In this document: positions 1 through 13,000 of the stretch, piece by piece
How positions within the stretch are numbered: position 1 is the first letter of the stretch
Layout of the letters: each line of letters opens with the position of its first letter
Origin: the human T2T-CHM13v2.0 reference genome, Homo sapiens
Strand: one strand, 5' to 3'
DNA: 64,000 nt
Assembly: GCF_009914755.1 (NCBI RefSeq)
Contig: NC_060935.1
The notes under the pieces: generated by a model
Told to the model about the DNA's origin: nothing
Database searches by the model: none
Seen by the model: the letters and a program-made list of their open reading frames with translations, nothing else
Program-made: the position numbers and the translations under genes

Positions 1-89
1 TTGGCAAACAAAACAAACAAAAACAAGGAAGGCTAAAGGTAAGACAAAGCATATTGTGAACATAAAACAAACAACAGAACCAGACTAAA

Positions 90-880
90 AAATGACACAG
101 ATGTTATTATAGAATATAAGAAAGGATGTTGAAATAACTATGATTTATCAAGATATTTACTCAAAAAAGTAGACAACATGTAAGAGCAGATGTGTAATGT
201 AAACCAAAAGATAAAAACTCTAAGAATTAATCAAAAGAAAATGCTAGGAAAAAGACACAAACAAGCAAAGTGAATGTTTTTGAGATGCTCATTCATAGCT
301 CGGGTATGGCTGAAAATGAATCAGTGAGCTAAAGATATGCCAATAGAAATTTCCAATACTGAAATGCAAGCATAAAAAGTAACGAAAAATGCAAAACAAC
401 ATGAAAACAGACAATCCAATAACCATGGAACAATTTCAAAAGATATAAATACATGTAATTGAAATATCAGAAGAAGAAAGAGAATGGAACAGAAAAAAAA
501 AAATTGTAATAATAGTTAAGAATTTTTCAAAATTAATAACAGATAGTAAACTACAGATCCAGGAAGTACACCAAGGAGAATGAACACCAAAAAAAATCTA
601 CATGAAGGCATAGCACACTCAAATTGCATAAAACCAAATGCAAACAGAATCCTGAAAGAAGCATGACTAGGATGGAAGGAGATAGAGAAAACATCTTACC
701 CAAACAGTAACAAGCAATAAAAATTGCAGAAGTTTTCTCATCAAAAACCATGCAAAGATGAAGAAAGTAAAGTGAAATAAATGTTGTTGAAAGAAAGAAA
801 AAAAATGCAACCTAGAATTTTATATTCATCAAAATTGTCTTTCAAAAGTGAAGGCAAAATAAAGACAGCAAATAATTCAG
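90..880 (+). mobile_element. Ancient L1 (L1M-type) ORF1-region fragment
   Basis: A-rich degenerate L1 ORF1 motifs (CTACAGATCCAGGAAG, AATCCTGAAAGAAGC, CAACCTAGAATTTTATATTC, TTTCAAAAGTGAAGG); no intact ORF. Confidence 0.7.
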
Positions 881-1092
881 CAAATCAAAAGACAATGCAA
901 CCATTCAGAAACTATTATTTTCTTTGAAGCCTGGATCTCTAGATATGGTTAGCAGTCACTTCTGAAATAATTGTTTATTTGACTTTTCCTAGGTCCATAC
1001 AGTAAATACTGCACAAGTTAACATTTTACTTTCTAAAATCACTTTTCCACCCACAGCATAGAAAAGGTATGCATACTGATGTGCTATATAGA

Positions 1093-1277
1093 TGAGTTTG
1101 CTAGATAAAATATAGTTAACACAGTTAACTTTGAATTTATTATAAATAACAAAAATATTTTAAGTAGATCCCATGAAATATTTGAGCTCTCCTTATATAA
1201 AAAAAATTTTTGTTGTTTATATGTAACTCAAATTTAATTGAATATTTTATATTGTTGTTGGCTAAATATGGTAAGAC
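1093..1277. mobile_element. MER53-like palindromic DNA-transposon MITE
   Basis: CAGTTAACTTTGAATTT...TCCCATGAAATATTTGAG...CTCAAATTTAATTG, internally self-complementary, resembles recalled MER53 consensus. Confidence 0.7.
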
Positions 1278-1746
1278 TACATACAGGTAAAACAAACCAC
1301 AGCCTCAATTATACCCAACTTATCACCAAAAACTGCCCAAAACACTAGTCCCAAGAAGGTAGCTTTAATTAGAATAATCAGATGTCTCTAGCAGTTCATC
1401 ATGCCTTACATCTTAATAAATACCAGTTGTCACCAATAACAAAAGCCTCATGTTATTCTTTATGAAAATTCATTCTATTTGTTAAGCAAAATACTCTATA
1501 ACTTCAATGTTTGCTTATTTTTTTGGACTCTAAATAAAACTTTTCAAACTCTCCTGATTTTAACTTAAGTAGTCATCATTTAGTGGTAGCTGTTATTTTT
1601 CTCTCCCATACCAATCAATGCAGGGAGTACAGTTGAGGTAGGTTTGCTTCTTGCTGCTTCTTAGAAATTCCAGACTGTAGCTCCTGTCACATCTCTAAAA
1701 TCCTGAGCTCCTTTAAAGCAAATGCTGTTAGCTATACCACTTGTAC

Positions 1747-2752
1747 TGTTACTGGCTGGTGGGTTGTTGACCCTTGGTAAATAGAAACAAACTAAGAGTC
1801 TGAGATGGGTTTGAGCAAGGCAGTTTATTGGGACTTTCAGCTCCAGCAGAAAGGGAAACAGGAAAAGGAAAAGACTTGCTTCAGAAAGCAAGTTAGTCAT
1901 TATTCTGAGGTTTTATTTCCTTTGGACCTCCTCTGGGTGACATCATTGCATATTTGGGGTGGTCTGTGAATTTCACCTGTGCAGTTTCTCCTTATGCTTC
2001 TTCATGTGATGCTGGTCTCATTAGCATCTTAAATCTCCACTTAGGAGTGTGATTTTTACTATTAAAATGAAGCAAAGGTCAGGATAGGACATTACTGGGC
2101 ATGCACATTTGGGGAGGGTCTTTTGGAAAGTGCCTGCACTTGTTAACCAGGGTGTTTATGGTCAGAGTACTCTGTTCCCTTCTGTTCTGTGTTGGTTCAC
2201 TTTGTGAAAGAAAGTGTTCATGGTTGCCATGTAGCAGGACAAGCCGCAGACAAAACCCTTCAGAGTTAAAGAAGGAAGGGCTTTGTTTGGCCAGGAGCTA
2301 AGGCAAGACTCACGTGTCCAACAACCGAGCTCTCCAAGTGAGCAATTCCTGTCCCTTTTAAGGGCTCACAACTCTAAGGGGGTCCACGTGAGAAGGTCGT
2401 GATCAATTGAGCAAGCAGGGGGTATGTGACTGGGGGCTGCATGCATGGCTAATTCAAATGGAGCAGAACAGGACACGGATCTTCACAGTGCTTTTCTTAT
2501 GCAAATAACCGATTAGGTCAGGGGTCGATCTTTAACTACCAGGCCCAGGGTGTGGCACCGGGCTGTCTGCTTGTGGATTTCATTTCTGCCTTTTAGTTTT
2601 TACTTCGGAGGCAGAAATTGGGTATAAGACAATATGAGGGGTGGTCTCCTCCCTTAGCCAGGCTGCAAGGCTGAACACAGCTAGCACAGTCAAGTGCACA
2701 CAAGGAAAAATGGGGAGGAGTTTCTCCTGCCCAGTTTTCCCTGTCTGTCTCA
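1747..2752 (-). mobile_element. ERV1-class solo LTR (MER4-group-like, subfamily unresolved), interrupted by LTR2
   Basis: Termini TGTTAC(1747)...GTCTCA(2752) flanked by identical 4-bp TSD GTAC (1743-1746, 2753-2756); TTTATT (minus-strand AATAAA) at about 1824. Confidence 0.75.
2230..2656 (-). mobile_element. LTR2 (HERV-E/Harlequin) solo LTR
   Basis: Reverse complement begins TAAGGGAGGAGACCACCCCTCATATTGTCTTAT, the LTR2 5' end; 4-bp TSD GCCA at 2226-2229 and 2657-2660. Confidence 0.9.
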
Positions 2753-2756
2753 GTAC

Positions 2757-3010
2757 TTTCCAGACTATCAAATCCAAGATTACTTGCCTCTTTAGTTGAA
2801 GATTTTAACACCTTCACCATCTTCATTGCCATCACTATTTAGAGCATCAGTCCTCATATTTCAGCATCCATTTAGCGGATCCATCCGATGCTCTAAACTC
2901 TCAGTTGCTTTACCACATGCCAACAGAATTTACACCTCCTTCACCTTAGCCACCATAGTCATCTATGGTCTTAGGTTAGGCCAGAGTCTCTCATCATCTT
3001 GCTGTGATAC
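2757..3010 (+). mobile_element. L2 fragment (endonuclease region)
   Basis: TTCAGCATCCATTTAGCGGATCCATCCGATGCTCTAAACTCTCAGTT resembles the L2 FNIHVDDPSNTLASQF segment. Confidence 0.45.
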
Positions 3011-3838
3011 GCATTGCTGCCATTATTAAAATACAGGTGTATTCCAGATAATCACTTCAGTCACAAGGACAGCTATGTGGGGACTATGAGGGTCTGAGTC
3101 TGCTGCCTTGCTGGCCCTGAATGAGAGGAACTCTGTTTACCTCAGCTTGCCCATGTACATGTTTTTATTTTGTATCTGTGCCCTGAATAGAAAACATTTG
3201 TGAAGCTTCTTAGTTTAATACTAACTAATGCACAGCCTCTTAATATTAACTTCAGGCATCCACCTTCAACCAAATTTCTCACTTCCTGCTCACATATTCT
3301 AAATAACCTCTCTAACAATTTTGAATCCCAACTGAGGCCACCTACCAATTGACTCCGCCATATTAACATTTTCAATTGTTCTTCTATCCTGACCAGATGG
3401 GTCTGTGACTATTATCACATCCTTGAATATACACAGTGGCTTAGACCAACTCTCCTTGTTCTCCCCCAACAGATTTTTATCCCTGATTCAAAGTAGCTAA
3501 GCATGCCTAAAAAAGTAAAATATGAAACCAAGCACATATATTCCACCTCAAATAGTTTACCACAAGTTACATTTGGTCTCACAACACTGTTAGTGATCTT
3601 ATTTTATTTCCCACTTAATTTCCCATTTAATTACACACTTTCTAAGTTGACTATACCTCACCTTGTCTTCTCTACTCAAACCTTTCTTTTACTTATTTGC
3701 TGTTTTAGGTTGCTTCTTAATTTACTGAGGCATCAAAAGTATTACAAGAGATATTTTGATACCACCAACTCTGCTAACCAATCAGGACCCATATAAACTT
3801 AACTCTCCTTTTTCTAATGAGAAGTGGTTTTGACTTCC

Positions 3839-4715
3839 GTATTATTTACCTAGTGGTGTCCTAATAAAATTTAAGCAACCAAAAACTAGGTGGCTTAAAA
3901 CAACACAAATTTATTATCTTACAGTTCTGGAAACTAAAAGATTGAAATCATCATGTCAGTGGTGCCATGCTTCCTCTGAAACCTGTAAGGAACAACCCTT
4001 CCTTCCCTTTCTAGCTTGTGGTGGAGGCTGTCAGTCCTTGGCATCCTTTGGCTTGCCACTTGATATAGTTTGGATGTTTGTCCCCTCCAAATTTCATGTT
4101 GAAATGTGATTTCCAATATTGGAGCTGGGGCCTGGTGGGAGGTGATTAGATCATGGTGGTAGATCCCTCATCAATGGTTTAGCACCATCCCATGATAAGT
4201 GATAACTCACTCAGTTAGTTCACACAAGATCTGGTTGTTGAAAAGCCTGGGACCCCCTTCCTCCAGTCTCTCACTTCTACTATCACCATGTGATGTGCCT
4301 GTTCCTGCTTTACCTTCAGCCATGAGTAAGAGCTCCCTGAGGCCTCACCAGAAGCTAAGCAGATGCCAGCAGCATGCTTCCTGTCCAGCCTGAATAACTG
4401 TGAGCCAATTAAACCTCTTTATTAATTATCCAGCCTCAGGTATTTCTTTATAGCTATACAAAACAGCCTAATAACCAGGTGCACCTCTTCGATTTCTGCC
4501 TCTGTTATGTGATATTCTTCCTGCGTGTTTGTCTCTCCGTCCAAAAATCCTTCTTATGATGCCAGTTATATTGAATTAGGACTCACCCTAATGATCCCAT
4601 TTTAACTTGAATACATCTTCAGAGACTTTATTTCCAAGTAAAGTCACATTCAAAGGCACCAGAGATACCTATGACTTAAGACTTCAACATATTTTTCAAG
4701 GGCACACAGTTTTAA
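3839..4715 (-). mobile_element. MLT1 (MaLR) LTR split by an MST insertion
   Basis: GGTGGCTTAAAACAACACAAATTTATTATCTTACAGTTCTGGA at left; TATTTCCAAGTAAAGTCACATTC...GACTTCAACATATTTTT at right. Confidence 0.8.
4061..4474 (+). mobile_element. MSTB-like MaLR solo LTR
   Basis: Starts TGATATAGTTTGGATGTTTGTCCCCTCCAAATTTCATGTTGAAATG; ends GAGCCAATTAAACCTC...CAGCCTAATA. Confidence 0.85.
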
Positions 4716-4846
4716 GAACTTCTAATAAAAAACAACCACTGAATTCCAATCCCTCTCCCTTGTCTCTTAGATCATATCAAGATGAAATTATATACAGTGA
4801 TATCCATACAGAATTATTGATGTAAATTTGTCTCTTAATGAATTAA

Positions 4847-5075
4847 GCATGGTGTCTCACACCTATAATCCCAACATTTTGGGAGGCCAAACATAGGAGG
4901 ATTGCTTGAGCCTAGGAATTCCAGACCATCTTTGGTGACATAGTGAAACCCTGCCTTTACAAAAATTTAAAAATGAGTCAGATGTGGTGGTGTGTACCTG
5001 TAGTCGCAGCTACTCAGGAGGCTGAGGTGGGAGAATTGCCTGAGCACTCCAGCCTGGGGGAAAGAGTGAGACTCT
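4847..5075 (+). mobile_element. AluJ-like, right arm internally deleted
   Basis: Alu left arm, A-rich linker and right arm lacking about 40 bp between CCTGAG and CACTCCAGCC. Confidence 0.8.
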
Positions 5076-5090
5076 TCCCTGCAACCTTTC

Positions 5091-5095
<5 letters not shown>

Positions 5096-5127
<32 letters not shown>

Positions 5128-5159
5128 ACATACATACATATATACATATATATACACAC
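5096..5159. repeat. (CA)n/(TA)n microsatellite
   Basis: Directly visible. Confidence 0.95.
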
Positions 5160-5189
5160 TCCCTTGACATCATACATATATATCAACAA

Positions 5190-5520
5190 ATATACCCCAT
5201 CTAGAACTCCCTACCTTCATCAAATCTTTAGAAACAATTGTCTGTGTTATCTGCTTCCACTTCAGTACCTCCTATTATTTCATCATCTAGATACTTTTTC
5301 ATACATTATGTCATATTTTATAGGTAGTTGTATCTATCACCATTTCCACCCTAGTGCATTTTAGATTTATATGACCGGCCCTTACATGATTTTTGAGCTC
5401 AAATATATAGGAAATTCAGTGTCACCATGTCTCAAATTAACCTTCAGTTTCCTCCATTAAGTATCCAAATCTTCCTATTTTAGCAAATGACACAACTATT
5501 CTCAGTTATTTAAGCCCTAG
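5190..5520 (+). mobile_element. L2 fragment
   Basis: CACCATGTCTCAAATTAACCTTC...TTAGCAAATGACACAACTATTCTCAGTT resembles L2 3' region. Confidence 0.45.
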
Positions 5521-5679
5521 TAAAGATACCACATCAGAAAGTCATCATGTTAAAATGAGGGAAAACCAAAAACACAGAAAATATTTTTTTTAAAGGCAGA
5601 GCAACAAAAAAAGTATTAGCCCTAAAAATGTACAAGATTGTCTTAGAATTGACTGTTTACCTAAAACAGAAGTCAGAAA

Positions 5680-6730
5680 TCAAAGGACTGATGAAACAAA
5701 ATTTGAAATAAATGGGAAAAAGGTAGATTAAAAACAATACGTTTTTACATTGAATTTGAATAATAAATTTTTTAATTACAAGTTGACTGTAAAATCAGAT
5801 TTTAAAAAGAAAAAAAATATATGCCATATGCAAGAGATATCTTAAAAAAAAGGACACAAATATTTGATAGTAGAATTGTGGAGAAAGACATTCTAGACAA
5901 AGACCATATAAAAGGAGGCTGATATATCTACACTAAAATGGAAAAGCATAAACTCTGGGGCAATAAATAATATAGAAGAAAATGAAAAAACATAAAAGAA
6001 AAGGTCAATTTAAAACTAAGACAAAGCAATCATAAAAATGCATGCATCCTATAAAATAGTTTTAACACATATAAGGTAAAAACTGAAAAAAAAGGAAAAA
6101 TGTTAATGAAAAATACAGTTGAAATTAAAAAAAAACTCTCAGTAACAAGATTAGAAAAATATTATTTAGAAAGTAGAAAATTTGAATGACATTTAAAAAA
6201 CGATATACAGAAAATAGTACATAATAACTGTAGGGCATACATTCTTTTCATGTGACTATGAAAAAAATACCAATATTTGGCTCAATTAATATCAAAGTTT
6301 TAAAACCACACTAAATATGCAATCTGACTACAGTAGAATTAAACAAGAAATGAATAACAGAAATACAGCTAGAAAATTCTAAGAAGTTTAGAAATTAAGT
6401 AATATGCCTTTAACTGATGGATCAAAAAAATAAGTTATAGAGAGTTATTACATGTTTTGAAAACACATAAAGAAAATGTATTTCAATGCTTTGTGACATA
6501 TTTACAGAAATAAAATGAAGGAATTTTATGCATTTCACAATGATGCAGAAAGAATAATGATTTATGAAACTAAAAAATTAGAACCAATAAACCATAAAAT
6601 AAAATAGAGAAAATTAAAAGCCCAACATTTATTCATGTATTTTATATCAAATATTAATACAATTGTTGAACCCCTAGAAAGACTAATCAAATTTGGGATC
6701 CACAAATATCAGTATAAAAAATATAAAATT
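5680..6730 (+). mobile_element. Ancient L1 (L1ME/MC-type) ORF2 endonuclease-region relic; resumes after the L1PB at about 14070-15580
   Basis: Degenerate motifs ATATGCCATATGCAAGAGAT, CATACATTCTTTTCATG, TCTGACTACAGTAGAATTAAAC. Confidence 0.6.
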
Positions 6731-7085
<355 letters not shown>

Positions 7086-7096
7086 AAATCAGAATT

Positions 7097-10000
7097 AGGA
7101 GAAATAAGGCACTTAGGAGACAGGGCTAATGTGCAGCTCCCATTTTGATGGATAGAACAGTGTGTGGAGACTCACATGAATGCTTGCTCCAAGAACCACC
7201 ACAAGAACATAACCAGGAAAAGTGAAAGAATTCACGGATTCTTTAAAAGAAGTGGCATGTCACTGCAAATTCTGTGAGATAGATGAAAAACTGTGAGTTC
7301 CCAAAACATAAGAGGAGGAAAACCTACCTCCAAAAACACATCCCCACTAGAGAATTTGAAAATCCAGATCATAAGAGAAGGATTTAACCTTACCTAGAGG
7401 TAAAATGGATTTAGGGAGCTGCACAAAATATAAAAGTAGAAACAGCTGTGGGAAGAGCCGTGTAAGCACTCACAGTCTCTAGCTAAAGCCCAGGGAAGCC
7501 ATCCCTGACTATATCTCACAGTGGCCCTTGGGGAAGGCAGCCAGCAGGATTAGGGAGGGCTCGCAGGGTGAAGGAAGCTTCCAACTGAAATTTGTAACAA
7601 TTTCAACTGGGTATATGTTTTCTTAAGCAGAATTGGAGGGGCAAATGAGAACTGCTGCAGTTAACAAGCATGGGAGCCACTACCGACAGCATGGACAGAG
7701 GGTGGGGGCAAGGCCTGAAAGACATGCTTGTTTTCTCAGTGGAGAAGCTCATGGCCTGGCACAAGGTCTGAGTAGGGCACTGCAGGAGCAGGACTGATCT
7801 TGCCAAATGCATGGGAGGAGGGTGAGGCCTCTTGCTACTGTCTATCCCCCACTTCTGTGGCAAATTATAACACACAGCAGAGGCATCCATAATTCCATCT
7901 GGAACATAAACCCATTGGGTCGAGAACCATATACCCTCATCCCCCACCATAGCTGCAGTAAGCCCTGCCCAAAAGAGTTTGAGCCCAGACCCGCTTAGCC
8001 CTGTCCCCACCTGATGGTATTTCTCTACCCACCCAGGTAGCAAAATACAAAAGACAGAAACTCTTGGGAGCTTTATGGCCCCACAATTGCCTGAGAAATC
8101 AGAAAAGTTACCAACTTAGGGCAAGCTCAGATCTCCCTACTACTACCACAGCTGGTGCTCTCTAGAATACACCACCTTCTTGCTGGAGGCCAACCAACTG
8201 AGGCCACTGCAGCAACTCATGACAGAATAACTCTGTTCCCAGGAAGCAGAAAACAACAGCTAAGTCCACTGCCTAAAACATCCTGACTAACCAGAGGGCC
8301 TGAGTCTATCCATAAGACAACTTCACTGCTAGCATAACAAGCATTTGAGAAAGCCAGCACACTAACATATCTACAACCAAGGACTCTCACAGAGTGTACT
8401 TAACTCCCCTGCTACCTCCACCAGAGCAGGGAAGTGCTGGTATCCATTGCTGGGTGACCTGAAGAAGAACCACAAAACAGGACTCTTTGCAGACATTCCC
8501 CAGTACTGGCCCAGAACCCAGTAGCTCTGCTGGGTGGCGAGACCCAGAAGAGCAATAACAACCACTGTGGTCTGACTCTCAGGAAGCCCTCGCTGTAGGG
8601 GAAGGGGGAGGGCACCACATTAATGGATCATCCTAAGGGATGAAAGAATCTGAAGAGCGGGACTTGAGTTCTGGATCTTTCCACTCAAACAGTTTACCCA
8701 AATGACAGGGAAGTAATGTTATCAACATGACAAAATGACAAAACGGGGTTCTATAACATCCCCAAAAGATTACAATAGCTCCCCAGCAATGGACCCAAAC
8801 CAAGATGAAACTCAGAATTGCCAGATAAATAATTCAGAAATTTGATTATTAAGCTACTCAAGGAGATATCAGAAAAAAAGTGAAAAACAACTTAAGTTTA
8901 AAAGAAAATACAGGATATGAATTAAAAAATTCTTCAGAGAAATATACATCATAAAGAAAAAACAGTCACATCTTCTGGAAATGAAAGACACAATTACATA
9001 AATACAAAATGCACTGGAAACTTTCAACAATAGACTAGAACAATGAGAAGAAAACTTCAGAGCTCAAAGACAAGGCTTTTGAATTAATCCAATCAGACAA
9101 AGACAACAAAAAATAATAATAATAAATAAACAAAGCCTCCAAGAAAATTGAATTTTATTAAATGGTCAAAACTAAGAATAGTTGGTGTTCCTGAGTAAGA
9201 AGAGAAATTAAAAAGTTTGGAAAACTTATTTGAGGGAATAATTGAAGAAAACTTCCTTGGCCTTGCTAGACATCTGTATATTCAAATATAAAAAGCTAAA
9301 AGAACACCCGGGACATTCATTGCAAAAAGATTATCATCTGGGCATATTGTTATCAGGTTACCTAAAGTCAAGATAAAGAAAATAATCTTAACAGCTGTGA
9401 GACCAAAGCATCGGGTAACCTATAAAGACAAAGCTATCACATTAACAGCAGGTTTCTCAGCGGAAACCTTACAAGTCAGAAGGGATTGAGGTCCCATCTT
9501 TAGCCAAAACAAAAGAATTTTCAGCCAAGATTTGTATATCCAGCAAAACACTTCATAAATGAAGTGGAGATAAAGTCTTTTTCAGGCAAACAAATGCTGA
9601 GAGAATTTGCCACTGACAAGCCAGCACTACAAGAATTACTAAAAGGAGCTCTAAATTTTGAAACAAAACCTCAAAATACATCAAATTAAAGCATAAATCT
9701 CACTGAGCCTATAAAACACTAACATAATAAAAAACGTATTAAGGCAACAACTAGGATAATTAATAGAACAGTACTTTACATCTCAATACTATTGTTGAAT
9801 GTAAATGGCCTAAATGCTCCACTTAAAAGATGCATAATGGCAGAAAGGATAAAAATTCACCAACCAAGTATTTGCTGTCTCCAAGAGACTCACATAAATT
9901 TAAGGTAAAGGGGTGGAAAAAGATACTCCACACAAAAGGAAACCAAAAGCAAACAGGAATAGCTATTCTTATGTCAGAAAACAGACTTTGAAGCAACAAC

Positions 10001-13000
10001 AGTAAATTAAGACAAAGAGGGACATTATATAATGACAAAAAAATTAGTCCAAGAGGAAAATATCACTATCCTAAATGTATATAAAACTAACGCTGGTGCT
10101 TCCAAATTCATAAAACAATTATTACTGGACCTAAGAAATGAGACAGATGGCAACAAAATGATAGTGGGAGACTTCAATACTCCACAGACAGCATTAGACA
10201 GGTCATCAAAAAAGAAAGTCAACAAAGAAACAATGGACTTTATTCCCTAGAACAAATGTACTTAACAGATATTTACAGAACATTCTACTCAACAACTGCA
10301 GAATACACATTCTTTTCATCAGCACATGGAATATTCTCCAAGATAGACCATATGATAGGTCACAAAACAAGTCTCAATAAATTTAAGGAAATCTAAATTA
10401 CATTGAGCATTCTCTCCATCCTCAGTGAAACAAAACTGAAAATTAACCTCAAAAGGAGCCCTCAAAACCATACAAATACATGTAAATTCAATACTATTCT
10501 CTTGAATGATCTTAGGGTCAACAATGAAATCAAGATAGAAATTTAAAAATTCTGTGAATGGAACAATAGTGAAACATCTTATCAAAACCACTGGGGTACA
10601 GAAAAAGCACTACCAAGAGGAAAGTTCATAGCATTAAATTCCTATATCAAAAAGTCTGAAAGAGCATGAATAGGCAATCTAAGGTCATACCTCAAGGAAC
10701 TAGAGAAACAAGAACAAACCAAACCCAAAGACTGACTGCAGAAGAAAAGAAATAACAAATTTCATAGCAGAATTAAATGAAATTGAAACAAAAAATATGA
10801 AATATAAATGAAACAAAAAGCCGCTTCTTTGAAAACATAAACAAATTTGATAAGACTATTAGCGAGATTAACTAAGAAAAGAAGAAATAAGATCTAAATA
10901 AGCTCAATTAGAAACAAAACAATACCACAGAAATGCAAAAGACCATTCAAGTCTACTATGAGTACCTTTACATGACAAATTAAAAAATCCAGGGAAGATG
11001 GATAAATTCCTGGAGGTATAAAACCCTCCTAGATTAAATCAGGAAGAAATAGAAATTCTGAACAGACCAATAACAAGTAGCAAGATTGAAATAGTAATAA
11101 AAAAATTGCCCCAAAATTCCAGAACCAGATGGATTTACAGATGAATTATACGAGACATTCAAAAAACAATTGGTACCAATCCTGCTGAAACTATTCAAAA
11201 AGATAGAGAAAAAGGGAATCCTCCCTAAATCATTCTATGAAACCAATATCATCCTAATACCAAAATGAGGAAACAACATAACAAAAAAGAAAACTACAGA
11301 CCAGTATCCCTGATGAACATAGATGCAAAAACCCTCCACAGAATACTAGCTAACCGAATTCAACAGCAAATCAGAAAGATAATCCACCATGATCAAGTGG
11401 GTTTCATGCCAAGGATGCAGGGATGGTTTAACATACACAATTTAACAATTGTGATACATCACTTAAACAGAATTAAAAAGAAAAATCTTATGATTATCTA
11501 AATAAACTCTGAAAACTCTCAGAAAAATAATTTGGCAAAATTCAGCATCCCTTTATGATTAAAAACCTCAGCAAAATAGTCATAAAAGGTATATACCTCC
11601 CGGTAATAAAAGCCATCTATGACAAACCCACAGCCAACATTATACTGAATGGAGAAAAGTTAAAAGCATTTCCCCCGACAGCTAGAAGAAGAGAGCATGT
11701 CCACTTTCACTACTTCTATTCAACATACTACTAGAAGTCCTAGCCAGAGAAACCATCCAAGGGAAAGAAATAAAGGGTATCCAAATCAGTAAAGAAGTCA
11801 AACTGTTCCTGTTCACTGATGATATGATTGTATACATAGAAAACCCTAAAGACTCATCCAAAAAGCTCCTAAATCTGAGAAACAAACTCAGTAAAGTTTC
11901 AGGATACAAAAGTGGTATACAAAAATCAGTAAAGCTGCTATATACCAACAATTACCAAGCTGAGAATCAAATCAAGAACACAACCCTTTTTGTAACACCT
12001 GCCAAAAAAAAAAAATTGCATTACCTGAGTTCCAACTATACCTCAAGGATATAGCAACTAAAACAGCATGGTACTGGTATAAAAATTGGCATGTAGACCA
12101 ATGGAACAGAATAGGGAACCCAGAAATAGAGCTAAATACAGCCAATGAATCTTCACAAAGTGAACAAAAACATTAATTGGAGAAATAATACCCTATTTAA
12201 CAAATGGTGCTGGGATAATTTGCAAGCCACATGTAGAAGAATGAAATTTGATCCTCATCTCTCACACAAAAATCAACTCAAGATCTCAGACTTAAATCTA
12301 AGATCTGAACCTATAAAAATTCTAGAAAATAGCATTGGAAAAACTCTTCTAGACATTGGCTTAGACAGAGTTCATGACCAAGAACACAAAAGGAAATGCA
12401 ACCAAAACAAAAATAAAAAGATGGGACCTTATTACATTAAAAAGCTTCTGCACAGCAAAAGAAATAATTGGACAAGTAAACAGACAACCCACAGATTGGG
12501 AGAAAATATTCACAAACTATGCATAATACAAAGGACAAATATCCAAAATCTGCAAGGAACTCAAACAAATAAGCAAGAAAAAAATAATCCCATCAAAAAG
12601 TTGGCAAGGAAAGCAAATAGACAATTCTCAAAAGAAGATATACAAATGGCCAACAGACATGTGAAAGATGGTCAACATCACTAATTATCAGGGAAATGCA
12701 AATTAAAACCACAGTGAGATACTACCTTACCCTGCAAGAATGGCCATAATTTAAAAAAATAGATGTTGGCATGGATGTGGTGTAAAGGGAACACTTCACT
12801 GCCGGTGGGAATGTAAACTAGTACAACCACTATGGAAAACAGTATGGGGATTCCTTAAAGAATTAAATGTTCATCTACCATTTGATCCAGCAATACTACT
12901 ACTAGTTGTCTAACCAAATTAAAAGACGTCATTATATGAAAAAGACACTTGCACATGCATGCTTATAGCAGCACAATTCACTATTGCAAAAATATGGAAC

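Noticed and set aside
7603-8043. 146-aa antisense ORF in the L1 5'UTR as an ORF0 analogue
   Set aside because: Starts at TTG, has no resemblance I can recognise to L1PA ORF0, and lies in GC-richer UTR where chance ORFs are common
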